A stretch of DNA of 64,000 bases from an uncultured bacterium (GCA_943787795.1 CALSNU010000004.1:480001-544000), one strand, 5' to 3'. Positions 30,354 through 40,944 are shown, counted from the first letter of the stretch. Numbers and translations are program-made. The notes: generated by a model not told the origin, from the letters alone.

Positions 30354-32398
30354 CGGCCGCTGGCAGGATCAGGCGCAGTACCCGCGCTACACACCCTGTT
30401 CCGGCCCCCTTCCTTGGCCTCGTACAGAGCCTCATCCGCGGCCTTGATCAGGTCATCGAACGTCTCCATCTCTGGCGTGGCGATCGCCACGCCGAGGCTC
30501 ACGGTGACGGACTCATGGAAGTCCCCGTGGTGGACAGCCTTGGCCTCAATCGCCGCCCGCAGGCGCTCCGCGGCGAGCGACGCTGTCTCGGCCGTGCCGC
30601 CAACGCTGAGCACGATGAACTCCTCACCTCCCAGCCGGCAGAGGACATCTGAGCCCCGGGTGTGAGACTGAAGATGGAGCGCGACGGAACGAAGGACGGC
30701 GTCACCAGTGTCATGGCCGAACTGGTCGTTCACACGCTTGAAGGCGTCGATGTCGACGATGGTGACCGCCAGCCCGCGCCCGTTCCGGTGCATCCCCTCC
30801 CACTCCTGCTTGAGCCGCTTCATCGCGTAGCGGCGGTTGGGCAGGTGGGTGAGCGCATCGGTGAGCGCGGCGGCACGCAGCTTCCGGGTCATGATCCCGA
30901 GCTCAGTCACCTGGCGCAGGCGGGCGCGCTCCGCGGCCTCTGCGCGTTCGCGTAGCTGGATCGCGCGCTCCGCGGCCCCCACACGCGCGAGCAGGATCCG
31001 GGGGTTGAAGGGCTTCCCTACGAAGTCATCCACCCCCGCATCGAAGGCCTCGACCACCTGCTCGTCGTCCCCGCATGCGGTGACGAGGATGAGGTACATG
31101 CGCGAGCCTGCCTGACTCCTACGGAGGGTTCGACAGAGATCGACGCCGCTCATCTCTGGCATCATCCAATCCGAGATCACGATCTGGGGCGTGTGCTCGA
31201 GCGCCATCGAGAGCCCGTCCGAGCTCGAACTCGCCGTCATCACATCGAAGTTCTGACGCTTCAAGTGATGCGCGAGGAGGCGCAGCATCTGCGGGTCATC
31301 CTCGACGACGAGGATGCGCGAGGGAGCCTGCCCATCGCTGCTGAAGCTATCCAGCGGGAGCAGCGGACGGTCCAGGTCCTCCTGGAACACGCTCGGCTCC
31401 GCCGCCTCCTCGGCAAAGTCGACGCCGATCTCGAAGGTGGTCGAGATGAGCGCAGACCGCATGCCTCGCCGCTCCATCTCCGCGGCGATGTCCTGGAAGC
31501 TCCCGGCCGATGGAACCGGGAGATCGATCAGTCGACCCCAGTCCTCGAGGCTCGGCACGATGGCGTCACAGATCGAGAGCAGGGCGTCAGGGTCCATGGC
31601 GAGCTCTTCGCCCACGTGCTGCAGCGACAGGAAGAGGCCGCGCCAGCGAGCATCCTCGATCTCCCAGCTCCCGTTCATCACCCGGGCGATCTGGCGCCCG
31701 CTCCGGACAAGGTCCAGGAGCTCGGGCGGCCCTCCTACGTCCACGAGATCGTCATCCGAGGGGTCGGGGTCCATGGCGCGCAGTAGCGCCACCTCCTGGA
31801 ACTCTCCAGGGAGTCCCCAGTGCTCCATCAGCTCGGAGGTCACCTCGAAGTGATCGATGCCAAACTCGCGCGCCTCGACCTTGGCCAGCGCGAGGTCGGG
31901 AGCCCCTGTGTTGGCCTTGATGATGGCCGAGTAGCGCTCCGGGTGGACGCAGGCCAACGCGAGCTTCCCCACGTCGCACAAGAGGGCGCACGTGAAGGCC
32001 GAGGCCGGGTCAGGGAAGCGCGTCACCTGGGCCAACATGTGCACGGCGACGGCGGTCGCCAGTGAATCGGACCAGTACTGCTGGAAGTCGAAGTCCTTGG
32101 CCGCCCCGCGACGGTTGTCAGCGATGAGCGAGAATCCAAGGGCGACGGATCGCACCGCCCGCACGCCCAGACGCATGGTGGCCTGCGCCACCGTGTGCAC
32201 CGCCGGCAGCCCGTCTCGATTCGCCGAGTTGGCGATCTTGATGATCCGGCCCGACAGGGCAGGGTCCGCGAGCATGGTCTTGATCAGCTCGTCGTAGGCG
32301 AAGTCCTCCTTCGACGTCAGCGTCAGGATCTTCAAGCCGGCCGCCGAGGGTGACGGCAGGTTACCCGTCAGCCGGAGCTCGTTGAACTGGGGATGCAT
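30329..32398 (-). CDS. HDOD-REC-GGDEF diguanylate cyclase (copy 2)
   Basis: LPSP...DPALSGRIIKIANS (HDOD); VEDD/SDWMMP/KPF (REC); RGSD I-site plus GGEEF. Confidence 0.93.
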   Translation of the reverse strand: MHPQFNELRLTGNLPSPSAAGLKILTLTSKEDFAYDELIKTMLADPALSGRIIKIANSANRDGLPAVHTVAQATMRLGVRAVRSVALGFSLIADNRRGAAKDFDFQQYWSDSLATAVAVHMLAQVTRFPDPASAFTCALLCDVGKLALACVHPERYSAIIKANTGAPDLALAKVEAREFGIDHFEVTSELMEHWGLPGEFQEVALLRAMDPDPSDDDLVDVGGPPELLDLVRSGRQIARVMNGSWEIEDARWRGLFLSLQHVGEELAMDPDALLSICDAIVPSLEDWGRLIDLPVPSAGSFQDIAAEMERRGMRSALISTTFEIGVDFAEEAAEPSVFQEDLDRPLLPLDSFSSDGQAPSRILVVEDDPQMLRLLAHHLKRQNFDVMTASSSSDGLSMALEHTPQIVISDWMMPEMSGVDLCRTLRRSQAGSRMYLILVTACGDDEQVVEAFDAGVDDFVGKPFNPRILLARVGAAERAIQLRERAEAAERARLRQVTELGIMTRKLRAAALTDALTHLPNRRYAMKRLKQEWEGMHRNGRGLAVTIVDIDAFKRVNDQFGHDTGDAVLRSVALHLQSHTRGSDVLCRLGGEEFIVLSVGGTAETASLAAERLRAAIEAKAVHHGDFHESVTVSLGVAIATPEMETFDDLIKAADEALYEAKEGGRNRVCSAGTAPDPASGRQSDRRSA

Positions 32399-32424
32399 GA
32401 TGGGAGCGGGGGGCGCGGCCGCCC

Positions 32425-34479
32425 TCAGGCGGACAGGCGGCGCTTATGCGGCTCATCGGCACATGAGGAACTTTCCCTAGCCCCGCGAACCTGATTCCGG
32501 CCGAGATTCTTCGCCTGATACACCGCGTCGTCCGCGGCCTTCATCATCTCGGACACGCCGGTGAAGCCCTGATCAAAGGCCGCCACACCGAGGCTGACCG
32601 TCACGCTGCCCCGATAGCCGTCGGCCTCGACGATGTTCTCCTCAACGACGATCCTGACGCGCTCGGCGAGGACTCGAGCCTCCTCCAGCACGGCCCCACG
32701 GGCGATGATGAGGAACTCCTCGCCACCAAGCCGCGCGACCTGGTCTTCGCCCCGGAGCGTGCTGCTCATGACCTGAGCCGTGGACTTGAGGACCCGGTCA
32801 CCCACGTCATGGCCGTGGGTGTCATTGACCGCCTTGAAGTGGTCGATGTCGACCATCACCACGGCGAACTGGGTGCCACGTCGATTGGCAGACTTCCACT
32901 CGGACTCGACCCGCTCCATAGCATGCCTGCGATTCGGCACCTCGGTGAGCAGGTCCGTCAGCGAGAGCATCTTCAGCCTGCGGTTGAAGTTGTTCTTGTC
33001 CGCGAGCTGCCGGAGGATGGTGCGGCGGTCCTCCTCGATACGCCGCTGGAGTCCCACGATTCGCATCCCTGCCCGAAGCCGAGCCAGGAGGAAGTTCGCG
33101 TCGAACGGCTTCTGGATGAAGTCATCGACGCCGGACTCAAAGGCGGTCACGAGGAGGTCCTCGGCTCGCGCACCGGTCAGGAGCACGATGTACATGGAGG
33201 ACCCGCGCTTGGACCGACGCAGCGCCCGAGTCAGCTCGAGGCCGCTCATCTCAGGCATCTCTTGGTCGGCGACAATGATGTCCGGACCCTCGCGCATGGA
33301 GATCCGCATCGCCTCCGAACCGTTCTTGGCGAAGGTGACGTCGAAGCCCTGCTTGCGTAGCGTGGCGACCAGCAGACGGAGCGCGACAGGGTCGTCATCC
33401 ACGGCGAGGACCTTGATCCTCTCGGACCCCAGCCCCCGCGCGTCCTCGACGGCGTCCGTGGTCGTGACGATCGTGTCTGCCACCACCGACTCGCACCTGA
33501 TCGCGCCGCCGGTCTGCAGCTCGACCTCTTTCTTGAAGGCCTCGCGTCCCCGAGCGATCGCTTCCCTGATGCTGCTGAAGCTCACGTCGCAGGTGGAGAT
33601 GTCGAGCCGCTCGCCCCACCGGCTCCACTCGCCCGAGATCTGCCCGAGCAGCCGATCGAGGTCGGCGTCGGAGTATTCGAGGACCTGCTGGAGCATCTCG
33701 ATCTGCTCCCCCACCTCGTTGATCCTGCGCGGCGGTGTCGTCGCGGTGAAGAGCATGGCGGACGAGATGGCGTCCGCGAAGCGGAGCAGATCCGACAGAG
33801 AGTCGAGCTCTGCCGCTTCCTTACTGGAGAGCCTATCGAGGTTGAAGCTCTCGACGGCGGACGCGAACGACTCCGGGAGGCCCCAATCCAGCATCATGCA
33901 GTAGCAGATGGTGGCGTGATCGATGTCGAAGGTCGCATTCTCGGCCGCGAGAACGACGCTCATAGGCTGCCCGCGCGTCTCGAGGAGCACCTTCGCGTAG
34001 GGCTCACTGTGCACCGTCGCCAGCGCGAGCACCCCCACCTCGGCGAGCAGGCCCGCGACATACCCCTCCTCGGAGGAGACGCCGGGGACGTGCTGCGCGA
34101 GCGACTTGGCGGCGACCGCGCGGGCGAGCGAACCCGACCAGTAGAGCGGGTAGTTGAAGGCCTTGCATGACCCATCATCCCGCTCGGAGATGACCGAGAA
34201 GGCCAGCGCCAGGTTTCGGACGGTCGTCGCGCCGAGGCGCATGATGGCCGCTGAGACCGTGGTGATCGGCTCCTGGCCCGCCCGGTCGGCCGAGTTGGCG
34301 AGCTCCAGGATCCTGCCGGTGAGGGAGGAGTCCGACATGATCGCCTGCCCCATGTCATCCGCGCTGAACTCGTCGGTGCGCGTGATCTCGAGGATCTTGA
34401 TTCCCACTCCCGCCGGCGAGGGGAGGGTGCCAGAGCTCTTGAGCTCTTCAAACTCGACGGGGATCGCGCGCTTCTGCAT
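32425..34479 (-). CDS. HDOD-REC-GGDEF diguanylate cyclase (copy 1)
   Basis: LPSP...DSSLTGRILELANS; VDDD/ADQEMP/KPF; RGED I-site plus GGEEF. Confidence 0.93.
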   Translation of the reverse strand: MQKRAIPVEFEELKSSGTLPSPAGVGIKILEITRTDEFSADDMGQAIMSDSSLTGRILELANSADRAGQEPITTVSAAIMRLGATTVRNLALAFSVISERDDGSCKAFNYPLYWSGSLARAVAAKSLAQHVPGVSSEEGYVAGLLAEVGVLALATVHSEPYAKVLLETRGQPMSVVLAAENATFDIDHATICYCMMLDWGLPESFASAVESFNLDRLSSKEAAELDSLSDLLRFADAISSAMLFTATTPPRRINEVGEQIEMLQQVLEYSDADLDRLLGQISGEWSRWGERLDISTCDVSFSSIREAIARGREAFKKEVELQTGGAIRCESVVADTIVTTTDAVEDARGLGSERIKVLAVDDDPVALRLLVATLRKQGFDVTFAKNGSEAMRISMREGPDIIVADQEMPEMSGLELTRALRRSKRGSSMYIVLLTGARAEDLLVTAFESGVDDFIQKPFDANFLLARLRAGMRIVGLQRRIEEDRRTILRQLADKNNFNRRLKMLSLTDLLTEVPNRRHAMERVESEWKSANRRGTQFAVVMVDIDHFKAVNDTHGHDVGDRVLKSTAQVMSSTLRGEDQVARLGGEEFLIIARGAVLEEARVLAERVRIVVEENIVEADGYRGSVTVSLGVAAFDQGFTGVSEMMKAADDAVYQAKNLGRNQVRGARESSSCADEPHKRRLSA

Positions 34480-34500
34480 GGAATCAAGCCCTGAGCTGAA

Positions 34501-34917
34501 TCAGATGGCACCAAGGACGGCCTTGAGGGCCACCTGGACCTCCGCGTACATGGCCACCGCCCGGCGACCCGTCAAGATGAGGTCTTCGCTCTGCTCGCTG
34601 GACCGGCAGTGACTCTCCAGCTCCGCGCAGCAGCGCGAGAACTCGACGGCCCCGACGTGCGCGCTCGATGACTTGAGCGCGTGCGCAGCCTGGAGGACCC
34701 GGTCCTTCTCGAGCCCCTCCAACCCGGCGTGCATCTCATTCACACGAGTCAGAGCCTCGGCGAGGAAGAGCTCGACGATCTCCGAGAGAAACTCGGCGTC
34801 TCCTCCACCTAGCTCTCGGAGGACATCGAGCGCCTTAGCGTCGAGGATCTCGCCGCCACCGTTCTCCGGGCTGTGGTTGTGGGCGGCAGGCCCACCAGAA
34901 TCTCCGCTGGTGTTCAT
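34501..34917 (-). CDS. Hpt (histidine phosphotransfer) protein
   Basis: AAHALKSSSAHVGA with the conserved His. Confidence 0.9.
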   Translation of the reverse strand: MNTSGDSGGPAAHNHSPENGGGEILDAKALDVLRELGGGDAEFLSEIVELFLAEALTRVNEMHAGLEGLEKDRVLQAAHALKSSSAHVGAVEFSRCCAELESHCRSSEQSEDLILTGRRAVAMYAEVQVALKAVLGAI

Positions 34918-35037
34918 GGTCGTGGGTCTCACAAATGGAGTCATCGACCCGGCGCGCCGGTTCCCTTTTGCCTCCGGCGCAGAAAGCCAACCGGATCATT
35001 CCTCCGGAAGATTTTTCCGACCGTGAGGGCCGCGACG

Positions 35038-35730
35038 TCACTGACCTGGGGTCAGGGGGCCAGCGCTGCCAAAAGCCGACGTGAGGGCCTCCTTGAAGCG
35101 CTCCATGAGCCGCCCTGGCTCGGCGCTCCCGTCCCCCACATGGTCTGCGACCCGGGTCATCACGTCACCGCGCAGTCCACAGGGCGAGAAGCTCCTGTAG
35201 GCGTCGAGATCGGTGGTCACGTTGACGGCGAGGCCGTGCCAGGTCACCCACCCTCTGACCGCAACGCCGATGGAGCAGACCTTCTGCGGTCCGATCCAGA
35301 CCCCCGTGAACCCCTCTTCACGACGGCCCTCGACCCCGACAGCGGCGAGCGATCTAATCACGATGCCCTCGAGCCAGCGGAGGTAGGCGTGCAGGTCCCG
35401 TTGCCCCTCCACCATCTTGAAGATCGGGTACGCGACTAGCTGGCCCGGGCCGTGGAAGGTCGCCTCACCGCCGCGCTCGATGGTCACCACGGGAAAGGGG
35501 ACCCCAGCCGTATCTCCCTCCGCGGACCGCCGGCCCCGTGTGACGACGGCGTCGTGCTCCACGAGCAGGAGCAGGTCCCCGACCTCCTCCCTCAGCCGCG
35601 CCTGCAGCAGGTCCTGCTGCAGGCGATAGGTCTCCTCGAAACCGCGACGGCCCAGGTCGCGCACCTCGAAGGAGGGCCCGGAGGTGCTCTTGACCTCAGC
35701 CGGTTCGGGGCGGTCGTCGCTCGAGGTCAC
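35038..35730 (-). CDS. lipB: lipoyl(octanoyl) transferase LipB
   Basis: EHDAVVT, RGGEATFHGPGQ, KVCSIG, TWHGLA and PCG. Confidence 0.95.
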   Translation of the reverse strand: MTSSDDRPEPAEVKSTSGPSFEVRDLGRRGFEETYRLQQDLLQARLREEVGDLLLLVEHDAVVTRGRRSAEGDTAGVPFPVVTIERGGEATFHGPGQLVAYPIFKMVEGQRDLHAYLRWLEGIVIRSLAAVGVEGRREEGFTGVWIGPQKVCSIGVAVRGWVTWHGLAVNVTTDLDAYRSFSPCGLRGDVMTRVADHVGDGSAEPGRLMERFKEALTSAFGSAGPLTPGQ

Positions 35731-37139
35731 TTCTTCTTCGGCTTCTGATAGATGTGGACCGCCGTCCCGTGGACCGCCTCGGCGGCCTCCATCATCGACT
35801 CAGGGAGGGTGGGGTGGGCGTGAATCGTCCGCGAGATGTCCTCGACGGTCGCGCCCATCTCGATGGCAAGAGCCGCCTCAGCGATGAGCTCGGTGACCTC
35901 GGGGCCGACCATGTGGACTCCGAGGACCTCGTCCGTATCCGCGTCGCTGATGATCTTGACGAAGCCGTCCGTCTCCTGGAGCGTCATGGCGCGGCCGGAG
36001 GCGGCGAACGGGAACTGGCCCGTGCGGTAGTTGAGGCCCTTCTCCTTGCACTGGTCCTCGGTCAGGCCGACCGAGGACATCTCCGGCGAGGTGAAGATGA
36101 CGGCGGGCACGCAGCGTGCGTCGTACTCCTCGTCCTTACCCGCGATGACCGCGGCCGCGACGAGGCCCTCGTGGGACCCCTTGTGGGCCAGCATCGGTTG
36201 GCCGGCGATATCGCCCACCGCATATATGTTCGGGACGCTCGTGCGCATCTGCTTGGAGACCTCCAGGAAGCCCTGCTTGGTCACCGTGAGCCCGACGCTC
36301 TCGAGCCCCAGCCCCTCGCTGTACGGCCGGCGGCCGACAGTGGACAGGATCTGGTCGCACTCGATCGTCTGCTCGCCCTTCTTGCCCTTGTAGGTGACGA
36401 CCTTCTTGCCGCCCTTGTCCGCCCAGCCCTGGGCGAAGGCCTCGGTGACGAGCTTGATGCCCATCTTCTTGAGCGAGCGCTCGATGACCTTGACGCAGTC
36501 GCGCTCCTGGCCCGGGAGGGCGCCAGGCGTCCCCTCGAGCACGGTGACCTCGGAGCCCAGCTTGCGGTACATCATCCCAAGCTCGAGGCCGATGTAGCCG
36601 CCGCCGATCACGAGCAGGTGCCCCGGGATCTCCTCAGGGGTGAGCGCTCCCGTGGAGGACCAGACGTTGTCCTCATCACAGGTGAAGCCGGGGATGTTGA
36701 TGGGCTCGGACCCCGTGGCGATGACGATGTCATCGCACTTGAGGGTCTGGTCGCCGTCGCCGCCGGTCACCTGGACCGTGTTCTTGTCGACGATCTTGGC
36801 GGTCCCCATGATCACCTTCGACCCGTAGTTCTTCAGCAGGCCGTGGACGCCGCCCGTGAGCTTGCCGACGATCCCGGTCTTCCACTCGACGAGCTTGTTC
36901 ACGTCGAGGTCGACGCCCTGGGTGGTGATCCCCATGACCTGGGCGTGCTTGATCTTGTCCAGCAGCGTGCCGGCGGCGATGAGCGCCTTGGAGGGGATAC
37001 AGCCGACGTTGAGGCAGGTCCCGCCCCAGTACTGCTTCTCGACGACGGTCACGTCCTGGCCGAGCTGAGCGAGACGGATACCGCAGACATAACCGGCCGG
37101 GCCGGCGCCGATGACGACGACTTTGCGCTTGGGAGCCAT
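35727..37139 (-). CDS. lpdA: dihydrolipoyl dehydrogenase (E3)
   Basis: GAGPAG, GGTCLNVGCIPSK and HAHPTLPE. Confidence 0.97.
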   Translation of the reverse strand: MAPKRKVVVIGAGPAGYVCGIRLAQLGQDVTVVEKQYWGGTCLNVGCIPSKALIAAGTLLDKIKHAQVMGITTQGVDLDVNKLVEWKTGIVGKLTGGVHGLLKNYGSKVIMGTAKIVDKNTVQVTGGDGDQTLKCDDIVIATGSEPINIPGFTCDEDNVWSSTGALTPEEIPGHLLVIGGGYIGLELGMMYRKLGSEVTVLEGTPGALPGQERDCVKVIERSLKKMGIKLVTEAFAQGWADKGGKKVVTYKGKKGEQTIECDQILSTVGRRPYSEGLGLESVGLTVTKQGFLEVSKQMRTSVPNIYAVGDIAGQPMLAHKGSHEGLVAAAVIAGKDEEYDARCVPAVIFTSPEMSSVGLTEDQCKEKGLNYRTGQFPFAASGRAMTLQETDGFVKIISDADTDEVLGVHMVGPEVTELIAEAALAIEMGATVEDISRTIHAHPTLPESMMEAAEAVHGTAVHIYQKPKKK

Positions 37140-37148
37140 AGCTTGAAA

Positions 37149-38258
37149 TCAGAGGGGGAAGGCGCCGTCGCCGGGCTGGGCGTGGCCCAGCTTCTCCGCG
37201 ACAGCGATGAACTCGTTGTACTCGCGCCGGAGGTGATAGGGCACCTCGGCGTAGACGTCTTCGACCAGGGTCTTGAGCGCCATGGGCGGCGCCGCCTCCT
37301 GTTCGTGAATCACAGCGTCGATCTTGGCGAGCAGCTGCGTCTCGAGGTCGGCGCGCTCTCCCTCGGCGACGACGCCCCGCTCCATGAGGTAGCGCTCGTA
37401 GCGTGCGATCGGGTCGCGCTTGGCCCAGGCCTCGACCTCCTCGTCGGCCCGGTACTTGGTCGGGTCGTCCGAGCTGGAGTGCCCCAGCATCCGGTAGGTC
37501 TTCAACACAAGCATCGTCGGACCCTCACCGCGCCGCGCCCGCTCGACCGCCTCCGCCATCGCGCTGTGGCAGGCGAGGACGTCGTTGCCGTCGACCTCGA
37601 TGCCCGGGAACCCATACGCCGGCGCCTTCGCCGCGAAGGAGCTGGCGGCGGTCTGTGCAGAGGAGGCCACGGAGATCGCCCAACCGTTGTCCGTGCAGAC
37701 GAACACCGCCGGGACCTTCCAGACGCCCGCGAAGTTCAGCCCGCTATGGAAGCCGTTGGAGCTGGTGGCCCCGTCACCGAAGTGGATGGCGTGGACGGTG
37801 TCCTCACCGCGCCGCATCGAGGCGTAGGCCGCCCCCACCCCGTGGGTGATCTGAGTGCCAATGACGCTCGACCAGCTCGGGTAGTTGGTGCCCTTGTGCT
37901 GGAAGTGGTTGCACATCTGGCGCCCCTTCGCGGTGTCGTTCGCGTTGCAGTACATCTGCGCCACGTACTCCGAGAGCGGCAGGCCCCGCATCACGGCGGC
38001 GCCTCCCTCTCTCAGGCCCGACCAGAGCCAGTCCTCCTGCCGGAGCGGCGCCGCGGCGCCCACAAGGGTCGCCTCGAGGCCCGTCGCGGTCCCCACGAAG
38101 CCGATCCGGCCCGCGCGCTGGAGCTTGAGCATGCGCCCATCCATGCACCGGATCTGGAGCATGTGCAGGAACAGCGCCCGGAGCTCCGCATCGGAGAGGC
38201 CGGGAGGCTCACCGACGACGGAGCCGTCGGGCGCGAGGATCTGGAGCGCGGAGGACAA
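37149..38258 (-). CDS. 2-oxo-acid dehydrogenase E1 alpha subunit, second paralogue (start approximate)
   Basis: GRQMCNHF; TPP motif GDGATS...DN; RMLGHSSSDDP. Confidence 0.92.
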   Translation of the reverse strand: MSSALQILAPDGSVVGEPPGLSDAELRALFLHMLQIRCMDGRMLKLQRAGRIGFVGTATGLEATLVGAAAPLRQEDWLWSGLREGGAAVMRGLPLSEYVAQMYCNANDTAKGRQMCNHFQHKGTNYPSWSSVIGTQITHGVGAAYASMRRGEDTVHAIHFGDGATSSNGFHSGLNFAGVWKVPAVFVCTDNGWAISVASSAQTAASSFAAKAPAYGFPGIEVDGNDVLACHSAMAEAVERARRGEGPTMLVLKTYRMLGHSSSDDPTKYRADEEVEAWAKRDPIARYERYLMERGVVAEGERADLETQLLAKIDAVIHEQEAAPPMALKTLVEDVYAEVPYHLRREYNEFIAVAEKLGHAQPGDGAFPL

Positions 38259-38278
38259 CGTGGAGATCGAGGACAGGC

Positions 38279-39919
38279 TCAGAGGCTCAGCAGGCCGGGA
38301 TCCTCGAGCAGCACCCGCATCCAGGCGAGGAAGCGGGCCGCGTCGGCGCCGTCCGCGAGGCGGTGGTCCACGCTGCACGACAGGTTCATGTAGTGGCGGA
38401 CCGCAATCTCGTCACCGTTCGGGGTCTCGACGACGCCCGGGCGCTTGACGATGCGGTGGACACCGAGGATCGCGATGTCGGGGAAGTTGATCACGGGCGT
38501 CGCGAGCGTGCCGCCGATGTTGCCGGCGTTGGTGATCGTGAAGGTCGATCCCCGGAGTTCATCCGGCTTGACTTTTCCGTCCCGGGTGCGCTGCGCGAGG
38601 TCCGCGAGCTCCGCGGCCAGGTGCAGCATGCCCTTCGCCTCGACGTTCCGGATGACCGGAACCACGAGCCCGTTGTCCGTGTCGGTCGCAACGCCGATGT
38701 TGACCTCGTTCGGCATGACGATCTCCTCGGCGGCCTCGTCCAGGTGACCGTTCAGCGACCGGAAGCGGGTCAGCCCGTTGGCCACGGCCTTCATGATGAA
38801 GGGCATGTAGGTGACGTTGACGCCGTGCTGCTTGCCGACGGCCTTCGCCTTCGAACGCGCTGCCACGAGCTCCGTCACGTCGATCTCCTCTACCACCGTG
38901 AAGTGCGCTGCCGTGTGCTTGGAGCGCGTCATCGCCTCGCCGATCTTCCGGCGGATCCCGCGGTACGGGGTCTTCTGGACCTCGTGGAGCGTGGGGATCG
39001 GGGAGAGCGCCGCAGAGCTCGCCGCGGGGGCGGGAGCCGGGGGCGCTGCCACCGGGGCCGGCGGGGCTGCGACCGCGGGGGAGGCCGCGGCCGGGGCGGC
39101 GGGGCTGGCGGCACCCGACTTGGCGAAGGCCTCCACGTCAGCGCGGCGCACGACGCCGCCGCGGCCAGAGCCGCTGACCTGGGTGAGGTCAACGCCGAGC
39201 TCACGCGCGACGCGGCGGGCGCTGGGCACGGCGAGGACCTTGCCGTCGGCGGTGCTCACGCGGGCCGGCTGGGCTGCGCCAGGGCTCGCAGGCGCTGCAG
39301 CGGCGGCCGGGGCCGCTGCGGCGGGAGCCGCCGCCGGCGCGGCGGCGCCGGCTCCGGTGACAAGGTGGAAGATGACACTCCCCACCGGCACGGTCGCGCC
39401 CTCATCCACGAGGCGACTGGAGATGGTCCCCGCGGCCGGGGCGGGCACCTCGACCGTGGCCTTGTCCGTCATCACCTCGACCACGGGCTGGTGCTCCTCG
39501 ACGGAGGCGCCCTCCTCGACGAGCCACTGGACGATTTCGCCCTCGGCGATGCCCTCCCCGATGTCGGGGAGCTTGAATTCGATGGTCTGACCACCGCCGC
39601 CGGTCGCCGCCGCAGGTGCAGCGGCCCCAGCTGAAGCCGAAGCCGCAGCTGGGGCCTCGGCAGAGGCTGCGGCCGGGGCTGCGGCGCCGTCCTCGAGGTG
39701 GAAGATCACGTTGCCGACGGGCACCGTGTCTCCCTCGCCTGCGAGGTGCTTGGTCACGGTGCCTGCGGCCGGAGCGGGCACCTCAACGGTGGCCTTGTCC
39801 GTCATCACCTCGACGACGGGCTGGTGCTCCTCAACGACGGTGCCCTCGGCAACCAGCCACTGGACAATTTCGCCCTCAGCGATGCCTTCGCCGATATCGG
39901 GCAGCTTGAACTCGATCAT
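38279..39919 (-). CDS. dihydrolipoamide acyltransferase E2 with two lipoyl domains
   Basis: Two MTDKATVEV lipoyl domains; PSARRVA E3-binding domain; DHRLADG. Confidence 0.96.
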   Translation of the reverse strand: MIEFKLPDIGEGIAEGEIVQWLVAEGTVVEEHQPVVEVMTDKATVEVPAPAAGTVTKHLAGEGDTVPVGNVIFHLEDGAAAPAAASAEAPAAASASAGAAAPAAATGGGGQTIEFKLPDIGEGIAEGEIVQWLVEEGASVEEHQPVVEVMTDKATVEVPAPAAGTISSRLVDEGATVPVGSVIFHLVTGAGAAAPAAAPAAAAPAAAAAPASPGAAQPARVSTADGKVLAVPSARRVARELGVDLTQVSGSGRGGVVRRADVEAFAKSGAASPAAPAAASPAVAAPPAPVAAPPAPAPAASSAALSPIPTLHEVQKTPYRGIRRKIGEAMTRSKHTAAHFTVVEEIDVTELVAARSKAKAVGKQHGVNVTYMPFIMKAVANGLTRFRSLNGHLDEAAEEIVMPNEVNIGVATDTDNGLVVPVIRNVEAKGMLHLAAELADLAQRTRDGKVKPDELRGSTFTITNAGNIGGTLATPVINFPDIAILGVHRIVKRPGVVETPNGDEIAVRHYMNLSCSVDHRLADGADAARFLAWMRVLLEDPGLLSL

Positions 39920-39966
39920 TGGATTGGGGGGGGAAGCGCGGTGTGTCTGGTGGTCGAGGCGAGAGC

Positions 39967-40944
39967 TCAGAAGTCGTAGACCGACTCGATGGCGTCGAGG
40001 ACGCGGCGGTCGTCAGGAAGGTAGTGGTGCTCGAGGGTGTTCGGGAACGGGGTGTCGAACCCGGTGACGCGGCGAACCGGCGCCTCCATGTACTCGATGC
40101 AATGCTCGGCGATCAGCGCGCTGATCTCTGCGCCGTACCCGCAGAAACGAGGCGCCTCGTGGACAACGACGACCCGGCCGGTCTGCTTGGCGGCCTCGAG
40201 GACGCCCTCCTCATCCAGCGGCATCAGCGTCCGGAGGTCGACGACGAGGCAGTCGATGCCCCGCTGCTCGGCGGCCTGGGCCGCGGCGCGCTCCACCACC
40301 GGGACCATCGCCCCGTAGCAGTAGATCGTCACGTCGCCACCCTGGCGGACGGTCCGCAGGGTCGAGAGGTCCACCGTGTACTCACCCTCGGGGACCTCAC
40401 CCTTCACGGAGCGATACAGGGCCTTGGGCTCCATGAAGAGCACGGGGTCGGGATCCTGGATCGACGCGATCAAGAGGCCCTTGGCGTCGTGGGGCGTGGA
40501 GGGGATCACCACCTTCAGGCCGGCCGTGTGGGCGAAGTACGCCTCTCCCGACTGGCTGTGGTACAGCCCGCCACGGATCCCGCCGCCGTAGGGCGTCCGG
40601 ATCACCATGGGCGCGGTGTACTGGCCGCCGGAGCGATAGCGGAGCTTGGCCGCCTCGCTCACGATCTGATCAAAGGCAGGGAAGATGAAGTCCTGGAACT
40701 GGATCTCCGCCACGGGGCGCAGGCCGTTCATGGCCATCCCGATCGCCGTTCCGATGATCCCGTCCTCGGAGAGCGGGGTGTCAAAGCAGCGGCTCTCGCC
40801 GAAGTCGGTCGTGAGGCCCTCGGTCGCAAGGAAGACGCCGCCCTTGGGGCCGACGTCCTCGCCGAAGACGACGACCGAGTCGTCCGCCTTCATGACGGTG
40901 CGGAGACCGTCGTTGACCGCTTGAATGAGTGTGAGATTCGCCAT
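39967..40944 (-). CDS. 2-oxo-acid dehydrogenase E1 beta subunit
   Basis: GEDVG, DTPLSE, EIQF and GGLYHSQS. Confidence 0.96.
   Translation of the reverse strand: MANLTLIQAVNDGLRTVMKADDSVVVFGEDVGPKGGVFLATEGLTTDFGESRCFDTPLSEDGIIGTAIGMAMNGLRPVAEIQFQDFIFPAFDQIVSEAAKLRYRSGGQYTAPMVIRTPYGGGIRGGLYHSQSGEAYFAHTAGLKVVIPSTPHDAKGLLIASIQDPDPVLFMEPKALYRSVKGEVPEGEYTVDLSTLRTVRQGGDVTIYCYGAMVPVVERAAAQAAEQRGIDCLVVDLRTLMPLDEEGVLEAAKQTGRVVVVHEAPRFCGYGAEISALIAEHCIEYMEAPVRRVTGFDTPFPNTLEHHYLPDDRRVLDAIESVYDF

Noticed and set aside
34920..35037. Possible c-di-GMP riboswitch upstream of the Hpt/DGC operon
   Set aside because: GGCAAA is present but the GEMM two-hairpin/GNRA architecture could not be built
35754..38393. 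879-aa plus-strand ORF and other long antisense ORFs (e.g. 22774..24942, 39919..41415, 51321..52991, 58857..60494)
   Set aside because: They mirror well-supported genes on the opposite strand; high GC3 suppresses antisense stops; no recognisable motifs
39350..39919. Direct repeat within E2
   Set aside because: Ordinary tandem lipoyl-domain duplication
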